Source: Callorhinchus milii
Taxonomy: Eukaryota
Length of the DNA: 64,000 nt
Direction of reading: 5' to 3'
Assembly (NCBI RefSeq): GCF_018977255.1
Contig: NW_024704743.1
Span: forward strand, 106,208,001-106,272,000
Of this stretch, positions 62,521 through 64,000 are shown piece by piece; position 1 is the first letter of the stretch; each line of letters starts with the position of its first letter. The notes under the pieces are model-generated. The model made no database searches. It saw only the letters and a program-made list of their open reading frames with translations, and had not been told where the DNA came from. A program made the position numbers and the translations under genes.

Positions 62521-64000
62521 TGCGTGCTAAATTAATGCCGGTTGTTACTGTACATTAACAACTGGAATGACCCATAAATAACTCGGATAAGAGCACTTAC
62601 AATATTTTAACCTTTATTAATGATACCAAGCTACATAATGGAGGAAGGTGACTGAGATAAAGAGGATAAATAGCATTCAAGAAAAGCTGGATCAATTAAA
62701 ACAATGGTTTAAGGAGTAGCAGGTATATTTTAATGTAGATAAACGCATGATAAATAAACCAATGAAATCCAGTTGTTTCTTATGAAAATTGGACTGTAAG
62801 TCAAACTAAGGTATTTTGACCTTATATATTGGGAGAAATCCCAACTGGATCTAGATTTCCTCTATTTATGTAGTATTTTATAGCGTCCAGAATTTAACAC
62901 TAATTCAGTCTTATCTTTGAAATTGATTTTCTGTATTTCTTAAAAGAAACTTACAGAAAACATGGTTCAAAATGAAGGCTGAATTTAAGAATTTGCCAAA
63001 TTCTGGGTAAAAAAGTGGAATTCCCTCCCCCCCCCCCATGCTAAAATCTGCATTCAATTCACCAGTGTTATATTGAGGACAAATTTAATCTGGGTTTAGA
63101 TTTCCTCTATTTATTGAGCATTTAAGAATGTCCAAGTATTAACACTTTAAGCTTGATCACCAACTGAACAATAATAGACTGGAAACAACACAAAATAAGC
63201 TTCTACAGAAATATACCAAATAAATCCCGAGTATAAAATTACAAGAGAATAAACTGGTCACTTGTAGCCATGACTGATATGCCGCAGACCACATTTCCAA
63301 CTCATAAAAGAACAAACTTGTATTTTAGCATCAAAATATCTCAAAACACTTCGCTTGTAATTACTGTCAAATAGAATGACTGTTTTCAGAAGTAAACATG
63401 TGACAAGAGGATATTTTAAAGTGTGTGGGGGGCACGATAACCAGCCGTTGACATTGAAAAGTGAGGGCAAGGGAAGCGGAAGATAATTTTTATGTAAGCC
63501 CTGACAGTAAAGTGGATTCCATTAGCCTTTGCAGCCAACTCTGTGAATGTCCTGTGACTTCTGAAAATGAGGGTCAATGCCCCAAGTCACGTCATTCCAT
63601 TAACTGTGTGCATACACTGATTTTTTTTCTTTACAATAAGAATTCCTTTGAGAAGTTCTTCACTCTCGTAGAAGTGTTTGAAAAGGTTTCCGTACTCGAC
63701 AAAAACTTTGCCGAATGCTCTTATAAGAAGGGCAGAAACGTATGTATCAAGGAAGAACATGTTGGGCAGAAGTGACCTTCAAACAATGTAGTCAAAGTTG
63801 ACATTCCAGTACAGTGCTGGGAGAGCACAGTATTGTCACAGGTGCCATGCTTTGGTAAATCATAGTCCTGCCTGCCTGTTTAGATGGATCTTAAAGATCC
63901 ATTGGCACTATTCACACAAGCAAAGGAAGTTTGTTCCAATGCCCTTACCAACAAATGACATCATACTTCAGTGTGTGGTGTGCAGTGTTCAATTGCAAAG

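Overview
This is vertebrate genomic DNA, not prokaryotic. It is AT-rich and repeat-dense. The repeat content (Deu-domain tRNA SINEs, L2, CR1 and Penelope-type terminal repeats) suggests a cartilaginous fish, possibly a chimaera; this is an inference. The only host coding sequence I can support is one 200-bp internal exon of XKR4 (57247-57446, +), so the rest is most likely its long flanking introns. Almost all other listed ORFs are fragments of decayed retroelements or chance ORFs. The most notable structure is a ~1.95-kb chimeric insertion (3939-5894): a SINE 5' half fused to a ~99%-identical copy of intronic sequence 32906-34650 that ends at a SINE tail, inserted into a small DNA-transposon relic. 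It looks like L2-mediated retrocopying of host intron RNA with a template switch. Other points of interest are SINE subfamilies whose 3' stem-loop matches the resident L2, nested SINE insertions, two TSD-flanked palindromic Penelope-like elements with hammerhead-ribozyme-like cores, and internally deleted LINEs. Repeat boundaries are read by eye and are approximate. Family names come from recalled consensus features, not from a database search. I found no convincing evidence of a novel protein-coding system.
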